DNA of 64,000 nt. Source: Negativicutes bacterium (GTDB taxonomy: Bacteria > Bacillota > Negativicutes > UBA1444). Location of the stretch: positions 352,001 through 416,000 of the forward strand of contig CAXXIN010000007.1 of NCBI GenBank assembly GCA_963665275.2. The letters are read 5' to 3'. A program made the translations under genes and the position numbers. Below the pieces are notes generated by a model. It saw nothing but the letters and a program-made list of their open reading frames with translations. It was not told the DNA's origin and made no database searches. Shown here in pieces: positions 38,133-48,298 of this stretch (positions are counted from its first letter, which is position 1; each line of letters starts with the position of its first letter).

Positions 38133-39035
38133 ATGCCGGATTCAACGCTGCAAAAAATCAAATGGGTATTGTGGGTCATCTTATTTGCCAATCTGGCGGT
38201 CGCGGGAGTAAAGATCGTCGTCGGGCAACTGATCCAAAGCGCCAGTCTCACGGCAGATGGCTTTCACTCTTTGACTGACGGAATCTCCAACATCGTCGGT
38301 CTTATCGGCATTCAATTTGCATCCCAACCAATTGACGAAAAACATCCCTATGGTCATCGCAAATATGAGTTTGTCACCGGCCTGTTCATCGGATTCATGC
38401 TGCTAATTATCGCCGCTCTTGTTCTTTACGAAGCCATTGATAAATTTGCGCATCCTGTTTCCCCTGACATTACGATCGTCAGCCTCATCGCATTGATTGC
38501 CACTCTCATCATTAATATTTTCGTTTGCCTCTACGAATATCGCCAGGGGCAGAAGCTGGGCAGCGCCATTTTGATTTCTGATTCCCTCCATACCCGCAGC
38601 GACGTCTTCGTTTCAATCAGCGTCTTATTCACCCTGTTAGGCATCAAATTCGGTCTGCCGCCAATCATCGATCCTATCGCCTCCCTGGTTGTCGCCGCTT
38701 TCATCATTCGCGCAGCCGTTGAAATCATTCGTTCCACCAGTGAAGTGCTCGTCGACAAGGCCGTCGCAGATACAGATACAATCCGTAATATTGCTCTCAC
38801 TTTTCCGGAGGTGCACGGCGTTCATGATATTCGAAGCCGTGGCACTGAACAGGATCTCTATATCGATATGCACGTTCTGATCGATCCCAATATGGAGGTC
38901 GGTGAGTCTCACAAACTTTGTCACGAGGTGGAGCAAAAAATCTGTCAGGAACTGCAAGTAAAAGCGCGTGTCATGATCCACATGGAGCCTTTTCGCAAAC
39001 ACACTCCTGCTCACCATGGAAACCCGCAGACATAA
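38133..39035 (+). CDS. Cation diffusion facilitator (FieF/CzcD-like)
   Basis: ADGFHSLTD, HPYGHRKYE, DSLHTRSD and IHMEP motifs. Confidence 0.93.
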   Translation: MPDSTLQKIKWVLWVILFANLAVAGVKIVVGQLIQSASLTADGFHSLTDGISNIVGLIGIQFASQPIDEKHPYGHRKYEFVTGLFIGFMLLIIAALVLYEAIDKFAHPVSPDITIVSLIALIATLIINIFVCLYEYRQGQKLGSAILISDSLHTRSDVFVSISVLFTLLGIKFGLPPIIDPIASLVVAAFIIRAAVEIIRSTSEVLVDKAVADTDTIRNIALTFPEVHGVHDIRSRGTEQDLYIDMHVLIDPNMEVGESHKLCHEVEQKICQELQVKARVMIHMEPFRKHTPAHHGNPQT

Positions 39036-39090
39036 TTCAAAGTTTGACAGCAGGGAAAAAATTTGTTATTCTTTTTTCAATCGAATAGCA

Positions 39091-39190
39091 CGATATGGAA
39101 CTGACGGATAAGTGGAATTAACCACATGAACTGTATCGGAAGGATAGTCGACCGTCTGGGCAACATTTTTGTTTGCGCAGACGGTTTTTT
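39091..39190 (+). promoter_or_regulatory. ZMP/ZTP (pfl) riboswitch 1 with terminator
   Basis: CGATATGG-AACTGACGGA..GTGGA..ACCAC..CTGTATCG...GTCGACCGTCTGGGCA, then CAGACGGTTTTTT. Confidence 0.88.
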
Positions 39191-39212
39191 GTTTGCCAAA
39201 ATTAAATCAGTA

Positions 39213-39314
39213 CGATACAGAACTGGCGGATAAAGTGGATCAAACCACGTGGGACTGTATCGGGGAACAAGCCGACCGCCTGGGCAACATGCGTTTGTTC
39301 AGGCGGCTATTTTT
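39213..39314 (+). promoter_or_regulatory. ZMP/ZTP (pfl) riboswitch 2 with terminator
   Basis: CGATACAG-AACTGGCGGA..GTGGA..ACCAC..CTGTATCG...GCCGACCGCCTGGGCA, then CAGGCGGCTATTTTT. Confidence 0.9.
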
Positions 39315-39359
39315 ATGCTGCCGGGTAACGCAAAAAACGAAAAGGGAGCGTGCTCGACA

Positions 39360-40583
39360 ATGAAAAACAGGTGGCTCATCGCATCTTCCGCAGTCGGAAT
39401 CCATATCTGCATCGGCAGCGTATACGCCTGGAGCGTACTGACCAAACCGATCATGTTGCACCTCGGGATCAGTCTCAAGGAAACCCAGTGGACATTTTCG
39501 CTGGCAATTTTGTTTCTGGGCCTTTCTGCTGCATTCTTGGGTGGGTGGGTCGAAAAATACGGCCCCCGAAAATCCGGTCTTGCTGCCACAATGTTCTTCT
39601 GCGCCGGCATGTTCGGAACTGCCCTGGCAGTCTATATGAAGAGTTTGCCGTTGCTATATCTTTTTTATGGCGCCATTGGCGGCATTGGTCTCGGTATTGG
39701 TTACATCACGCCGGTATCCACGCTGGTGAAGTGGTTCCCGGAAAAACGGGGATTTGCGACCGGCATTGCCATCATGGGCTTCGGCTTGGCCAGTCTCGTT
39801 GCCGGCCCGCTCATTCAATTCCTGTTGCAACAATATGGTCTGATCACAACCTTCGTGACTCTTGGCTTGCTTTATATGATGATCATGATTCCTTCCTCCC
39901 TGTATCTGGCCCCACCCCTGAAAACATGCATTATTGAAACTGAGGCCTCACTGCGGCACTCTCTCGCCGGAGTAACGCAGGTTACGGCCACTGCTGCCAT
40001 GAAAACCTGGCAATTTTGGACCTTGTGGTGGATGTTATTCACGAACATCACCTGTGGAATTGGCCTGCTCAGTGTTGCCTCCCCCATGGCCCAGGAAACG
40101 GTTGGCATGTCGCCGCTGATGGCCGCGACGATGGTTGGAGTCATCGGGTTCGTCAACGGGGCCGGGCGTCTTTTTTGGGCATCCATTTCTGATTACCTTG
40201 GCCGGGCAAATACCTATATCGCTTTTTTCATCATTCAGGGTTTCGCCTTCCTGCTACTGGCCAAAACGACAGATGGCATGTTGTTTCAGTTTTTGGTCTA
40301 CCTGATCATCTCCTGTTATGGCGGAGGTTTTTCCACAATCCCCGCTTTTTTGAGCGACCTATTTGGCACTAAAGAGCTGAGTGCCATTCATGGGAAAATA
40401 TTAACCGCCTGGGCGGCCGCGGGAGTCGTTGGTCCCTTGTTTGTTGCCTGGATCAAAGATACGACGAATAGTTACAATGCCACGCTGCTAGTTTTTTCCC
40501 TGTGCTTTGTAATTTCGCTGGTAGTCGCCACGGTTCTGAGATTAAAACAGCCTGCAACAACAGCCAGCGAGCTCTCTCTTTAG
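39360..40583 (+). CDS. OFA-family MFS transporter (oxalate/formate antiporter-like)
   Basis: KNRWLIA..GIHICIGSVYAWS; PVSTLVKWFPEKRGFATG; FGTKELSAIHGKILTAW. Confidence 0.92.
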   Translation: MKNRWLIASSAVGIHICIGSVYAWSVLTKPIMLHLGISLKETQWTFSLAILFLGLSAAFLGGWVEKYGPRKSGLAATMFFCAGMFGTALAVYMKSLPLLYLFYGAIGGIGLGIGYITPVSTLVKWFPEKRGFATGIAIMGFGLASLVAGPLIQFLLQQYGLITTFVTLGLLYMMIMIPSSLYLAPPLKTCIIETEASLRHSLAGVTQVTATAAMKTWQFWTLWWMLFTNITCGIGLLSVASPMAQETVGMSPLMAATMVGVIGFVNGAGRLFWASISDYLGRANTYIAFFIIQGFAFLLLAKTTDGMLFQFLVYLIISCYGGGFSTIPAFLSDLFGTKELSAIHGKILTAWAAAGVVGPLFVAWIKDTTNSYNATLLVFSLCFVISLVVATVLRLKQPATTASELSL

Positions 40584-40686
40584 AAGATATGTTCAATAAT
40601 CCATACGAATTGGCAGGATAATCCACCGGTTTCTCCGAAATAATCTGTAAGACTGAAATTGTTTGGGAGAAAGAAGGTGTTCCACA

Positions 40687-41313
40687 ATGGAAACTCGCGA
40701 TAATTTGGCCCTTTTGCAAGCGACGATGGCTGATTATTTCCACGACCTGAGTCGGATTATGGTGGCTGTTGATCAGCGCCTGAAACAAGAATCGTTTGTG
40801 GCGATTGGGGACTCCGCCGTTTTTCAGGATATTTCCGCAGCCTTGGACCGAAGTTCACGCTGGCTCCCCAGATACCTGGCCCGCGCCTATGTGAAAGGGA
40901 AAAAAGCGAATCGCGCCATCGGCTACTGCATCCATCTTGGCCCCTATTCAGATCCGACAACCGTCGCTTATCTGAGCAAGTCCCAGCTGCAATTGCCTTT
41001 TGTCTCCCTGGCCTGCCTCCGAGACATGCAGCCAGGGCCGCTGGAAATCGATAGACGCCAACTATGGGATCGTCTTTGGGACAGCGGTTGGTGGGCCACC
41101 TATGAAGATCAGGTTTCCGGACCCTTGCGTACATACAATACCACGAAAGAAATCAGTGGGTTTCAGGCAAAAATCGTTGGAGCCTTGACGGATATTTTTC
41201 CGTTGGAAGACACGGCGGTCATTGCCCAGAAGATTGTCGCACCGCTGTTACTATTATATGAAGACCGCGATGCAGAATTGAACCAACCCGACTACCTGCT
41301 TAAACGTCCGTAG
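40687..41313 (+). CDS. Hypothetical protein
   Basis: 208-aa ORF with RBS AAGGTG, a SigH-like promoter and a downstream hairpin; no motif recognised. Confidence 0.65.
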   Translation: METRDNLALLQATMADYFHDLSRIMVAVDQRLKQESFVAIGDSAVFQDISAALDRSSRWLPRYLARAYVKGKKANRAIGYCIHLGPYSDPTTVAYLSKSQLQLPFVSLACLRDMQPGPLEIDRRQLWDRLWDSGWWATYEDQVSGPLRTYNTTKEISGFQAKIVGALTDIFPLEDTAVIAQKIVAPLLLLYEDRDAELNQPDYLLKRP

Positions 41314-41479
41314 TCCATTCGCACCGATTTTGATAACGAACGACTTGAATCACTTTGTGTGCTGCAAGTCGTTTTTTTCGTCTATTTCAAAGGTTTTTCA
41401 AATAGTTTAGTTCGATAAAGAATATAGATGAAAAATGCAATTTTCCTTGCCGCACATTGAACATAAGGGGGACGTAAAA

Positions 41480-41821
41480 ATGGGAGTATCGGCAGTATCC
41501 GGCGCCACAACGGTTTCATCCTCGCAAAATGACAGCAGCAGTGCCATCAAAACGTTAGAAAACCAAAAACAGCAGCTGCAAAATCAAATTACCACAATAA
41601 ACAAAGACAAAACTGCTTCCACGGAAGAGAAAGAAAAAAAGATCCAGGCATTGCAGGTACGAATTCAGGCAATTGACCTTCAAATTCAACAACTGCAGGA
41701 TAAGACAGAGGAAAAGCAAAAAGCCCAGACCCAACAATCGACTGCCACCACAGTTGCCGACGCCCAATCCGCCTCATCGAAGCAACAGCTCATTCAACAA
41801 AAAATTGATTTGGAAGCATAA
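41480..41821 (+). CDS. FlxA-like coiled-coil protein
   Basis: S/T-rich N-terminus; IKTLENQKQQLQNQI...EEKEKKIQALQVRIQAIDLQIQQLQ; C-terminal KIDLEA. Confidence 0.7.
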   Translation: MGVSAVSGATTVSSSQNDSSSAIKTLENQKQQLQNQITTINKDKTASTEEKEKKIQALQVRIQAIDLQIQQLQDKTEEKQKAQTQQSTATTVADAQSASSKQQLIQQKIDLEA

Positions 41822-41969
41822 TTGTTTTGGTAAAAGCTCGCCACCCGGCGGGCTTTTTTTCGTTTCAACCATTATTTATTTTTATTGTTGGGAGTAGGAA
41901 TTTTCTCCGCCTATAGGGAATTAAATGAAACAATGAATATGCTGCAAAATTTCTGGGAGGTGCGCCTTT

Positions 41970-43622
41970 ATGCCGATCCATCCATTCGCAGACAAGAAAG
42001 CCCCCGAGTCAATACTAGTGAACATTCCTCGTCTCATCTCCTCTTACTATGCCAATCATGCCGATGCCAGGGAAATATCCCAGCGAGTTTCATTCGGCAC
42101 TTCCGGCCATCGGGGAAGTTCTTTCCTGAACAGTTTTAATGAAGACCATATTCTCTGTATCACACAAGCCATCTGTAATTATCGGAAAACCAACGGTATC
42201 AGCGGTCCTTTGTTCATGGGCTTCGACACCCATGCATTATCGGAACCGGCTTTTATTTCCGCCCTTGAAGTACTAGCCGCCAATGGTGTGGAGACGATGA
42301 TTTCCCGGGAAATGAATTACACGCCGACGCCCGCCATTTCGCATGCAATTCTGGCTTATAATAAAGGCCGCTCATCCGCTCTCGCAGATGGAATCGTCAT
42401 TACCCCTTCGCACAACCCGCCGGACAATGGCGGCATCAAGTATAATCCTCCCAATGGGGGCCCGGCGGATACGAATATCACAGCGTGGATCGCAGATAGC
42501 GCCAATGAATTTTTGGCAAATGGGAACCGGGGCGTGCTGAGAATGTCTTATGAAAAGGCGCGCCATGCAAGCAATGTTCACGAATATGATTTCATCGGCC
42601 CTTATGTCAATGATCTGCAAAACATCATCGACATGGACGCCATCAAAGCGGCGGGGCTTCACCTCGGAGCCGATGCGATGGGCGGCGCAGGACTCGGTTA
42701 TTGGCAGCCGATCGCGGATGCGTACGGACTCAACATCGACGTGCTGAACGCACATCCGGACCCGACTTTCAGCTTCATGACCGTGGATGGTGATGGCAAA
42801 ATCCGCATGGATTGTTCTTCACCGCATGCCATGGCGAGCTTGATTGGATTGAAAGAAAAATATGATATTTCATTTGGCAATGATGCGGATTTTGATCGTC
42901 ATGGAATTGTAACCAAAAGTGTTGGCTTGATGAATCCGAACCATTATCTCGCCGTAGCGATCAATTATCTGTTTGCCAACCGTCAAGGCTGGCGCTCGGA
43001 TGCCGCCGTTGGAAAAACGTTGGTCAGTTCATCCATGATTGACCGGATCGCTGCCGGACTGGGCCGCAGGCTTGCTGAAGTCCCGGTCGGCTTTAAATGG
43101 TTTGTAGACGGGCTGGTTGACGGTTCTCTGGGTTTCGGCGGAGAAGAAAGCGCCGGTGCGTCTTTTCTGAGAAAAGACGGCACGGTATGGACCACCGACA
43201 AAGACGGGATCATCCTATGTTTATTGGCAGCGGAAATCACCGCCAAGACCGGCAAAGACCCCGGACAGCATTATTTGGCTCTGACCGAGAAGTATGGGGC
43301 GCCTGTTTATGAACGAATTGACGCCGCGGCAACCTCACCGCAGAAAGCTGTGTTGGCCCGCTTATCGCCTGAACAGGTTACTGCGAATGAGCTGGCCGGT
43401 GAAAAAATCACCGCCAAACTTACGCGGGCGCCCGCCAACAATGCTGCCATCGGCGGACTAAAAGTCTGCACTGAAAACGGCTGGTTCGCCGCCCGTCCCT
43501 CCGGCACCGAAGACGTTTACAAAATATATGCCGAAAGTTTCAAGGGAACCACACACCTACAACAAATTCAATCCGAGGCTAAGCAGATTGTCAGTACCGC
43601 TTTTGCCTCGGCCGGCGTCTAA
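41970..43622 (+). CDS. pgm: Phosphoglucomutase (alpha-D-glucose-1,6-bisphosphate-dependent)
   Basis: [37 protein letters not shown] and [17 protein letters not shown] motifs. Confidence 0.96.
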   Translation: MPIHPFADKKAPESILVNIPRLISSYYANHADAREISQRVSFGTSGHRGSSFLNSFNEDHILCITQAICNYRKTNGISGPLFMGFDTHALSEPAFISALEVLAANGVETMISREMNYTPTPAISHAILAYNKGRSSALADGIVITPSHNPPDNGGIKYNPPNGGPADTNITAWIADSANEFLANGNRGVLRMSYEKARHASNVHEYDFIGPYVNDLQNIIDMDAIKAAGLHLGADAMGGAGLGYWQPIADAYGLNIDVLNAHPDPTFSFMTVDGDGKIRMDCSSPHAMASLIGLKEKYDISFGNDADFDRHGIVTKSVGLMNPNHYLAVAINYLFANRQGWRSDAAVGKTLVSSSMIDRIAAGLGRRLAEVPVGFKWFVDGLVDGSLGFGGEESAGASFLRKDGTVWTTDKDGIILCLLAAEITAKTGKDPGQHYLALTEKYGAPVYERIDAAATSPQKAVLARLSPEQVTANELAGEKITAKLTRAPANNAAIGGLKVCTENGWFAARPSGTEDVYKIYAESFKGTTHLQQIQSEAKQIVSTAFASAGV

Positions 43623-43658
43623 AAATAATTTTCGGGATGATGTCGAAAAGGTGTAATT

Positions 43659-45026
43659 ATGATGAAACTCCCCCCCTTGCGAATATGGCGCACTCTCGTT
43701 CCTGTCTGCGCATTTGCGGCGACTGTGTTTTTGCTGTCCAAGCTCACTTACCCCTTGCCAGCATATACAGAAGTATTGCTTTGGTATTCGCGCCTTGATC
43801 CCCTGCTCCTGCTGAATCAGATGCGTACCGGCAGTATGCCTGGCTGGATCTGGCTTCCGCTACTTACCATTGTAGCAACGCTTTTATTGGGGCGTGTCTT
43901 CTGCGGCTGGTTCTGCCCGCTCGGTGGGCTGCTGACGCTTCTGCACAGTCTCAAACTATATGGCGCCAAGCTCCTGGGACGTCCGAATTTTCGCGGAGTT
44001 CCTCCTTTGTGGGTAACTCAACTCCTCCCCTGGCGTTACCCGTGGCTTTTGTTTTTGCTGACCCTGTTGGCTTTGGGCAGCAGCTGGCCCATGTTCCTGA
44101 GTCCGTTTCATCTTTTGACAGAAGAGCTGTCCCGGCTATGGTTGCAACAAATCCCCTGGTTGCTCGCCGGCATCCTTTTGCTGGGGCTGATCATTTTCCC
44201 GCGTTTCTGGTGTGTTTATCTGTGCCCCACCGGCCTGATTCTAGCCTGGCTCGCCAAATGGCGTCGCTTTGCTCCCAAACCACCGTCAACATGCATTCAT
44301 TGTGGCGCCTGCGAAAAGATCTGCCCTACCGGGGCCGCCAACCCCAGCCTGGCGACGACCACTGCCGACTGCCTCCTCTGTGGACGATGCAGTGAAATAT
44401 GTCCGGTCGGCAATTTTTCGTTTAACAACATTTCCCTTCCCGGGCAGGAGGAATCCTCCACCGGCAGCCATTTTACCCGCCGCGAGATCTTGCGGTCCGG
44501 AACAGCACTTGCTGCCGCCGGAGCGATCAGTCCCTTGCTTGCCCGCCCCGCAGACGCCAATCCGCTCAGGCCGCCTGGAGCCTTGGAGGAAGCGGACTTC
44601 CTGTCTACTTGCAGTCGCTGCGGTCGTTGTATCAAAGCCTGTCCCAGCAAATGCATCCGCTCCATGCCGCTCTCCAGCGGGCCGGTAATGTTCATGACAC
44701 CTTATATTATTGCCCGTGAGGCTCGCTGCGAATTGACGCAGCATTGCCAGCAGGTCTGCCCCACTGGTGCAATTGCCCGCGTCCCCATTGATAAGGTACT
44801 GATGGGGTTGGCTGAAATCGATCATTCACAGTGCCTGGGTTGGGCCCACGGGAAATTGTGCCTGCTTTGTCAGGAGCAGTGCCCGCAGCATGCCATCGAT
44901 TCCGATGATAAAGACCGTCCCTCCGTTCACGCCGAACTTTGCGTCGGCTGCGGCGCCTGTGAAAACGGCTGCCCTGTCGAACCAGCGGCGATTGTTGTCA
45001 AACCGCAACGACATCGGCGTCGATAG
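43659..45026 (+). CDS. Membrane polyferredoxin (NapH/MauN-like fused to NapG/MauM-like)
   Basis: GRVFCGWFCPLG and RFWCVYLCPTG; several CxxCxxCxxxCP motifs; internal TRREIL; LRPPGALEE. Confidence 0.85.
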   Translation: MMKLPPLRIWRTLVPVCAFAATVFLLSKLTYPLPAYTEVLLWYSRLDPLLLLNQMRTGSMPGWIWLPLLTIVATLLLGRVFCGWFCPLGGLLTLLHSLKLYGAKLLGRPNFRGVPPLWVTQLLPWRYPWLLFLLTLLALGSSWPMFLSPFHLLTEELSRLWLQQIPWLLAGILLLGLIIFPRFWCVYLCPTGLILAWLAKWRRFAPKPPSTCIHCGACEKICPTGAANPSLATTTADCLLCGRCSEICPVGNFSFNNISLPGQEESSTGSHFTRREILRSGTALAAAGAISPLLARPADANPLRPPGALEEADFLSTCSRCGRCIKACPSKCIRSMPLSSGPVMFMTPYIIAREARCELTQHCQQVCPTGAIARVPIDKVLMGLAEIDHSQCLGWAHGKLCLLCQEQCPQHAIDSDDKDRPSVHAELCVGCGACENGCPVEPAAIVVKPQRHRRR

Positions 45027-45059
45027 TTGGTCGGAATCATAGTTTCTTAAAATCAGCGC

Positions 45060-45270
45060 TTGACAAATTTCTCTATTAACGATATTATAATAAAGATTGT
45101 TTCCCATTACTTTAATCAAAATCAACGATGTGAAAGAGCAAAGCCTGTTGCCCCAGATTTCTCTTGCGTTTCGTAGTCACAGATAGTATTTGGTAACAGT
45201 CGGATGGTAATTGCGGCTGATGACGTGCTGGCACGTCAAAATTACCAATTTCTGAATTACGGAGGAAGAA
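45060..45270 (+). promoter_or_regulatory. SigA promoter and long structured 5' leader
   Basis: TTGACA-17-TATTAT; stems 45145-52/45192-99, 45205-12/45240-47 and 45221-38. Confidence 0.5.
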
Positions 45271-45271
45271 A

Positions 45272-45445
45272 ATGATGGAACAACGACTTCAGCATCTGGT
45301 GCAGCGCCTTAGCCTTATCGGCTACCGCTCGCACGAGATCAAGAATATCGTCAAATCTTCAGCGGGCGGCGACGCCGAGCTGATAGGACAACTTGAACGA
45401 TATGAAAAACTCGGCTTGCAATATCTGCACAATTACAGCCAGTGA
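45272..45445 (+). CDS. Small hypothetical protein (57 aa; not in ORF track)
   Basis: RBS GGAGG; MMEQRLQHLVQRLSLIGYRSHEIKNIVKSSAGGDAELIGQLERYEKLGLQYLHNYSQ; own promoter and terminator (AAACCGGAAGCATA/TATGCTTCCGGTTT). Confidence 0.75.
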   Translation: MMEQRLQHLVQRLSLIGYRSHEIKNIVKSSAGGDAELIGQLERYEKLGLQYLHNYSQ

Positions 45446-45659
45446 CGCTGTTAAACCGGAAGCATAACAAACTATGCTTCCGGTTTATTTTTTGCAATAT
45501 CAGGAACGCATGTTCCTTGGAAAAAAACAATGTACTTGAGTCTCACTTTCGTAGTAGAATATGAATTGTTTACGATCCATTTCAAGCGTAGGGCTCAAGA
45601 ATTTTTATTAATCTGTAGTCTTATCGTTATTAAGAATATAGAAAGGAACGATTACTATA

Positions 45660-47153
45660 ATGCTAGTTCATCAACTGATTTCCCAGGGACAGCCTTCAAC
45701 CATAGCTTTCCATAGCCCCAGGGAAATCTCTTATGCACAATTACAAAAAGAATGCTTCGAATATCGTAATTTTTTCTATCATCAGGGAATTCGCGCCGGT
45801 GAGAACGTCGGTCTGTTTTCACGCAACTCCGCTGAATTTGTTTACAGTTACATGGCCCTTTCAAGTTTGGGCGCGATCATAGTCCCGTTGAATTTTCAGC
45901 TGACTGCCCGAGAAATTGCTTATATTGTAAAAGATGCTCAGATGAAATGTCTTGTCACCATGGAGGCCTTGGACATCAACGCCGAACTGAATCAGCAGGA
46001 CTATTCTGTCGACGTAACTCAACTGATCCTTCCCGAGTTCAGCGGAATTTTCGCAGCAAACCGTTTTGACCAGGCGCCTTCATTTGAAGATATTATTGAA
46101 GAAAACTCCCCCTGCGTTATCATCTATACTTCCGGCACGACCGGCAATCCCAAGGGTGCAATCCTCACACACAAGAACCTGATCAGCAACGCATACGCCT
46201 TCGGATCCGTCTTACCCCCGGGTTCTAGTCTTGACAACATTTTGTGTGTGTTGCCCATGTATCATTCCTTTGCCTGGACCTGCTCCGTTCTGTATCCCCT
46301 CACCCTGGGCGCCTCCATCAGCATTCTGGACGGTTTTACACCCAAGGATACTCTTGCCACGATCAAAGAAAAGTCGGTCACCATCGTTTTTGGTGTGCCA
46401 CCCATATACAACTATCTCACCCGAATCGGGACGCCCGAAGATTTGGAGAGCGTCCGGACCTTCGTATCCGGTGGCGCAGCCTTGCCGCAAAAGGTGGCAG
46501 AGCAGTTCCTGCAGAAATATGGAACTCCCATTCTCGAAGGCTATGGGCTGTCAGAAGCCTCACCGGTGGTATCGCTGAATCCGGTGGATAAAGCCAAGTT
46601 TCGCTCCATCGGCAAGCCTTTACCTGGTGTCACAGTCCGGATCGTCAATACAAAGGGCGAAACGATGCCTGTGGATGCCGTCGGAGAACTCGTTGTACAG
46701 GGCCCTAACGTGATGCAGGGTTATTATAACCTGCCGGTAGAAACTTCACGAGCGCTCCGCAACAATTGGCTGCATACCGGAGATATCGCCTACCAGGATG
46801 CAGACGGCTATTTATTCATCGTAGATCGTCTCAAAGATATGATCATTATCAATGGTGAAAATGTCTATCCGCGAGAAATCGAAGAAATCCTCTATGCTTT
46901 TCCAGGAGTCGTTGAGGCCGCCGTTATCGGCGTTCCTGATACACTTCGCGGCGAAGCGGTCCGTGCCTATATCGTAATGGAAGAGGGCTGTTCCATGGAC
47001 CGAAAGGCGATCCGGAACTATCTCCAGCCATTACTGGCCGCATACAAAGTCCCCCGCGATATTCTACTCATGGATACTCTGCCCAAAAACAAAACTGGCA
47101 AGATCATGAAACGTCTACTGCGTGAACAGCTTGAGATCGATAATGCGCGATAA
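45660..47153 (+). CDS. Long-chain fatty acid--CoA ligase (AMP-binding family)
   Basis: IYTSGTTGNPKG; EGYGLSE; WLHTGD; IVDRLKD; TGKIMK. Confidence 0.9.
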   Translation: MLVHQLISQGQPSTIAFHSPREISYAQLQKECFEYRNFFYHQGIRAGENVGLFSRNSAEFVYSYMALSSLGAIIVPLNFQLTAREIAYIVKDAQMKCLVTMEALDINAELNQQDYSVDVTQLILPEFSGIFAANRFDQAPSFEDIIEENSPCVIIYTSGTTGNPKGAILTHKNLISNAYAFGSVLPPGSSLDNILCVLPMYHSFAWTCSVLYPLTLGASISILDGFTPKDTLATIKEKSVTIVFGVPPIYNYLTRIGTPEDLESVRTFVSGGAALPQKVAEQFLQKYGTPILEGYGLSEASPVVSLNPVDKAKFRSIGKPLPGVTVRIVNTKGETMPVDAVGELVVQGPNVMQGYYNLPVETSRALRNNWLHTGDIAYQDADGYLFIVDRLKDMIIINGENVYPREIEEILYAFPGVVEAAVIGVPDTLRGEAVRAYIVMEEGCSMDRKAIRNYLQPLLAAYKVPRDILLMDTLPKNKTGKIMKRLLREQLEIDNAR

Positions 47154-47191
47154 ATGTTTCATTACCAATATTATAAGGGAGAGGATTCAAA

Positions 47192-48037
47192 ATGGCAGAG
47201 CTTAGAGGATCCGAGATTGTGGATTATTTTGCCCAAATTGCGCCATATGTGAACGAGATCATCCCCGGAGACATTGGTGTCACGATTGCCAAGGATTACA
47301 AGTATACCCTGTATGTTCCTGCCGACGGTCTGAATCTCGGTACCAAGCCCGGTGAGGAAGTTCGTCCCGGCGGCACTCGACAGGCTTTTGAAACCGGCAA
47401 ACAAGTAGTCCGGGTAATTCCCAAAGAAAAATCTGCCTACGGGGTAGGTTATATTGTATGCGCCACACCGTTTTTCGATGAGGGCAAAGTTGCCGGCGTC
47501 ATTACTATTACACAAGGCACTGCCCAATTTGAAAAAATCAACGGCGCCGCTACCGATCTGGCAGCCTCCTCCGAAGAATTGTCCGCCAGCATTCAGGAAT
47601 TGGCCAGCCGGGCCGCACAATTGGCTTCAACCAGCAACGAGCTTGAAAAACTCAGCCGCGATCTGCAGGACAATGCCAAGAAAACCGATGAAATCGTCGC
47701 TTTTATTAAACAAGTTGCCGGGCAAACCAACTTGCTGGGCCTGAATGCCGCCATCGAAGCGGCCCGCGTCGGCGAAGCCGGGCGCGGGTTTGGCGTCGTA
47801 GCCGAAGAGGTCAGAAAACTGGCGGCAGCCAGCGCGGAGTCCGTCAAGACCATTTCTGCGGCTTTGGGAAACATCGCCGCTTCTGTGGCTACCCTTTCAA
47901 AGAAAGTCCAGGAAATCGACGCCAATGCTGCCGGACAGACGGCCGCCCTGCACGAAATGGCCAAGGCCAGCCAAGACTTGGCGGTTCTCGCGGGCGGGCT
48001 CTCCGAAGCTTCCAAGGAACTATTCGAACTCGAATAA
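47192..48037 (+). CDS. Soluble methyl-accepting chemotaxis protein
   Basis: No TM; [34 protein letters not shown] signalling tip. Confidence 0.92.
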   Translation: MAELRGSEIVDYFAQIAPYVNEIIPGDIGVTIAKDYKYTLYVPADGLNLGTKPGEEVRPGGTRQAFETGKQVVRVIPKEKSAYGVGYIVCATPFFDEGKVAGVITITQGTAQFEKINGAATDLAASSEELSASIQELASRAAQLASTSNELEKLSRDLQDNAKKTDEIVAFIKQVAGQTNLLGLNAAIEAARVGEAGRGFGVVAEEVRKLAAASAESVKTISAALGNIAASVATLSKKVQEIDANAAGQTAALHEMAKASQDLAVLAGGLSEASKELFELE

Positions 48038-48298
48038 GCCGCATTAGCAAAGTCCTGCCGGCTTATTCCATACCATACACCTCAAGCTTATAAAACCAAT
48101 TATCGTGTCAGGCGATGATTGGTTTTGTTCTTATGGTTTGTTTTTGTTCGAAGCAGGAATTTTCAATCAATAACCGAATAGTAATGGTGAGCAAATTAAT
48201 AAAACGGTTTTGTATGACGCGAGGGACTTCATCCGCTGTCCGGCCGTGGATCCGGCGCCGATGGAGTCCCTGAAATTTTCTCTGGAGGCGAAGAATCG

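Noticed and set aside
45128-45205. GCAAAGCC suggesting a c-di-GMP-I riboswitch
   Set aside because: The upstream GGCAAA..GAAA hairpin and the CUAA tetraloop receptor are missing
45217-45240. CTGATGA plus hairpin resembling a hammerhead ribozyme core
   Set aside because: The required GAAA after stem II and the other core stems are absent
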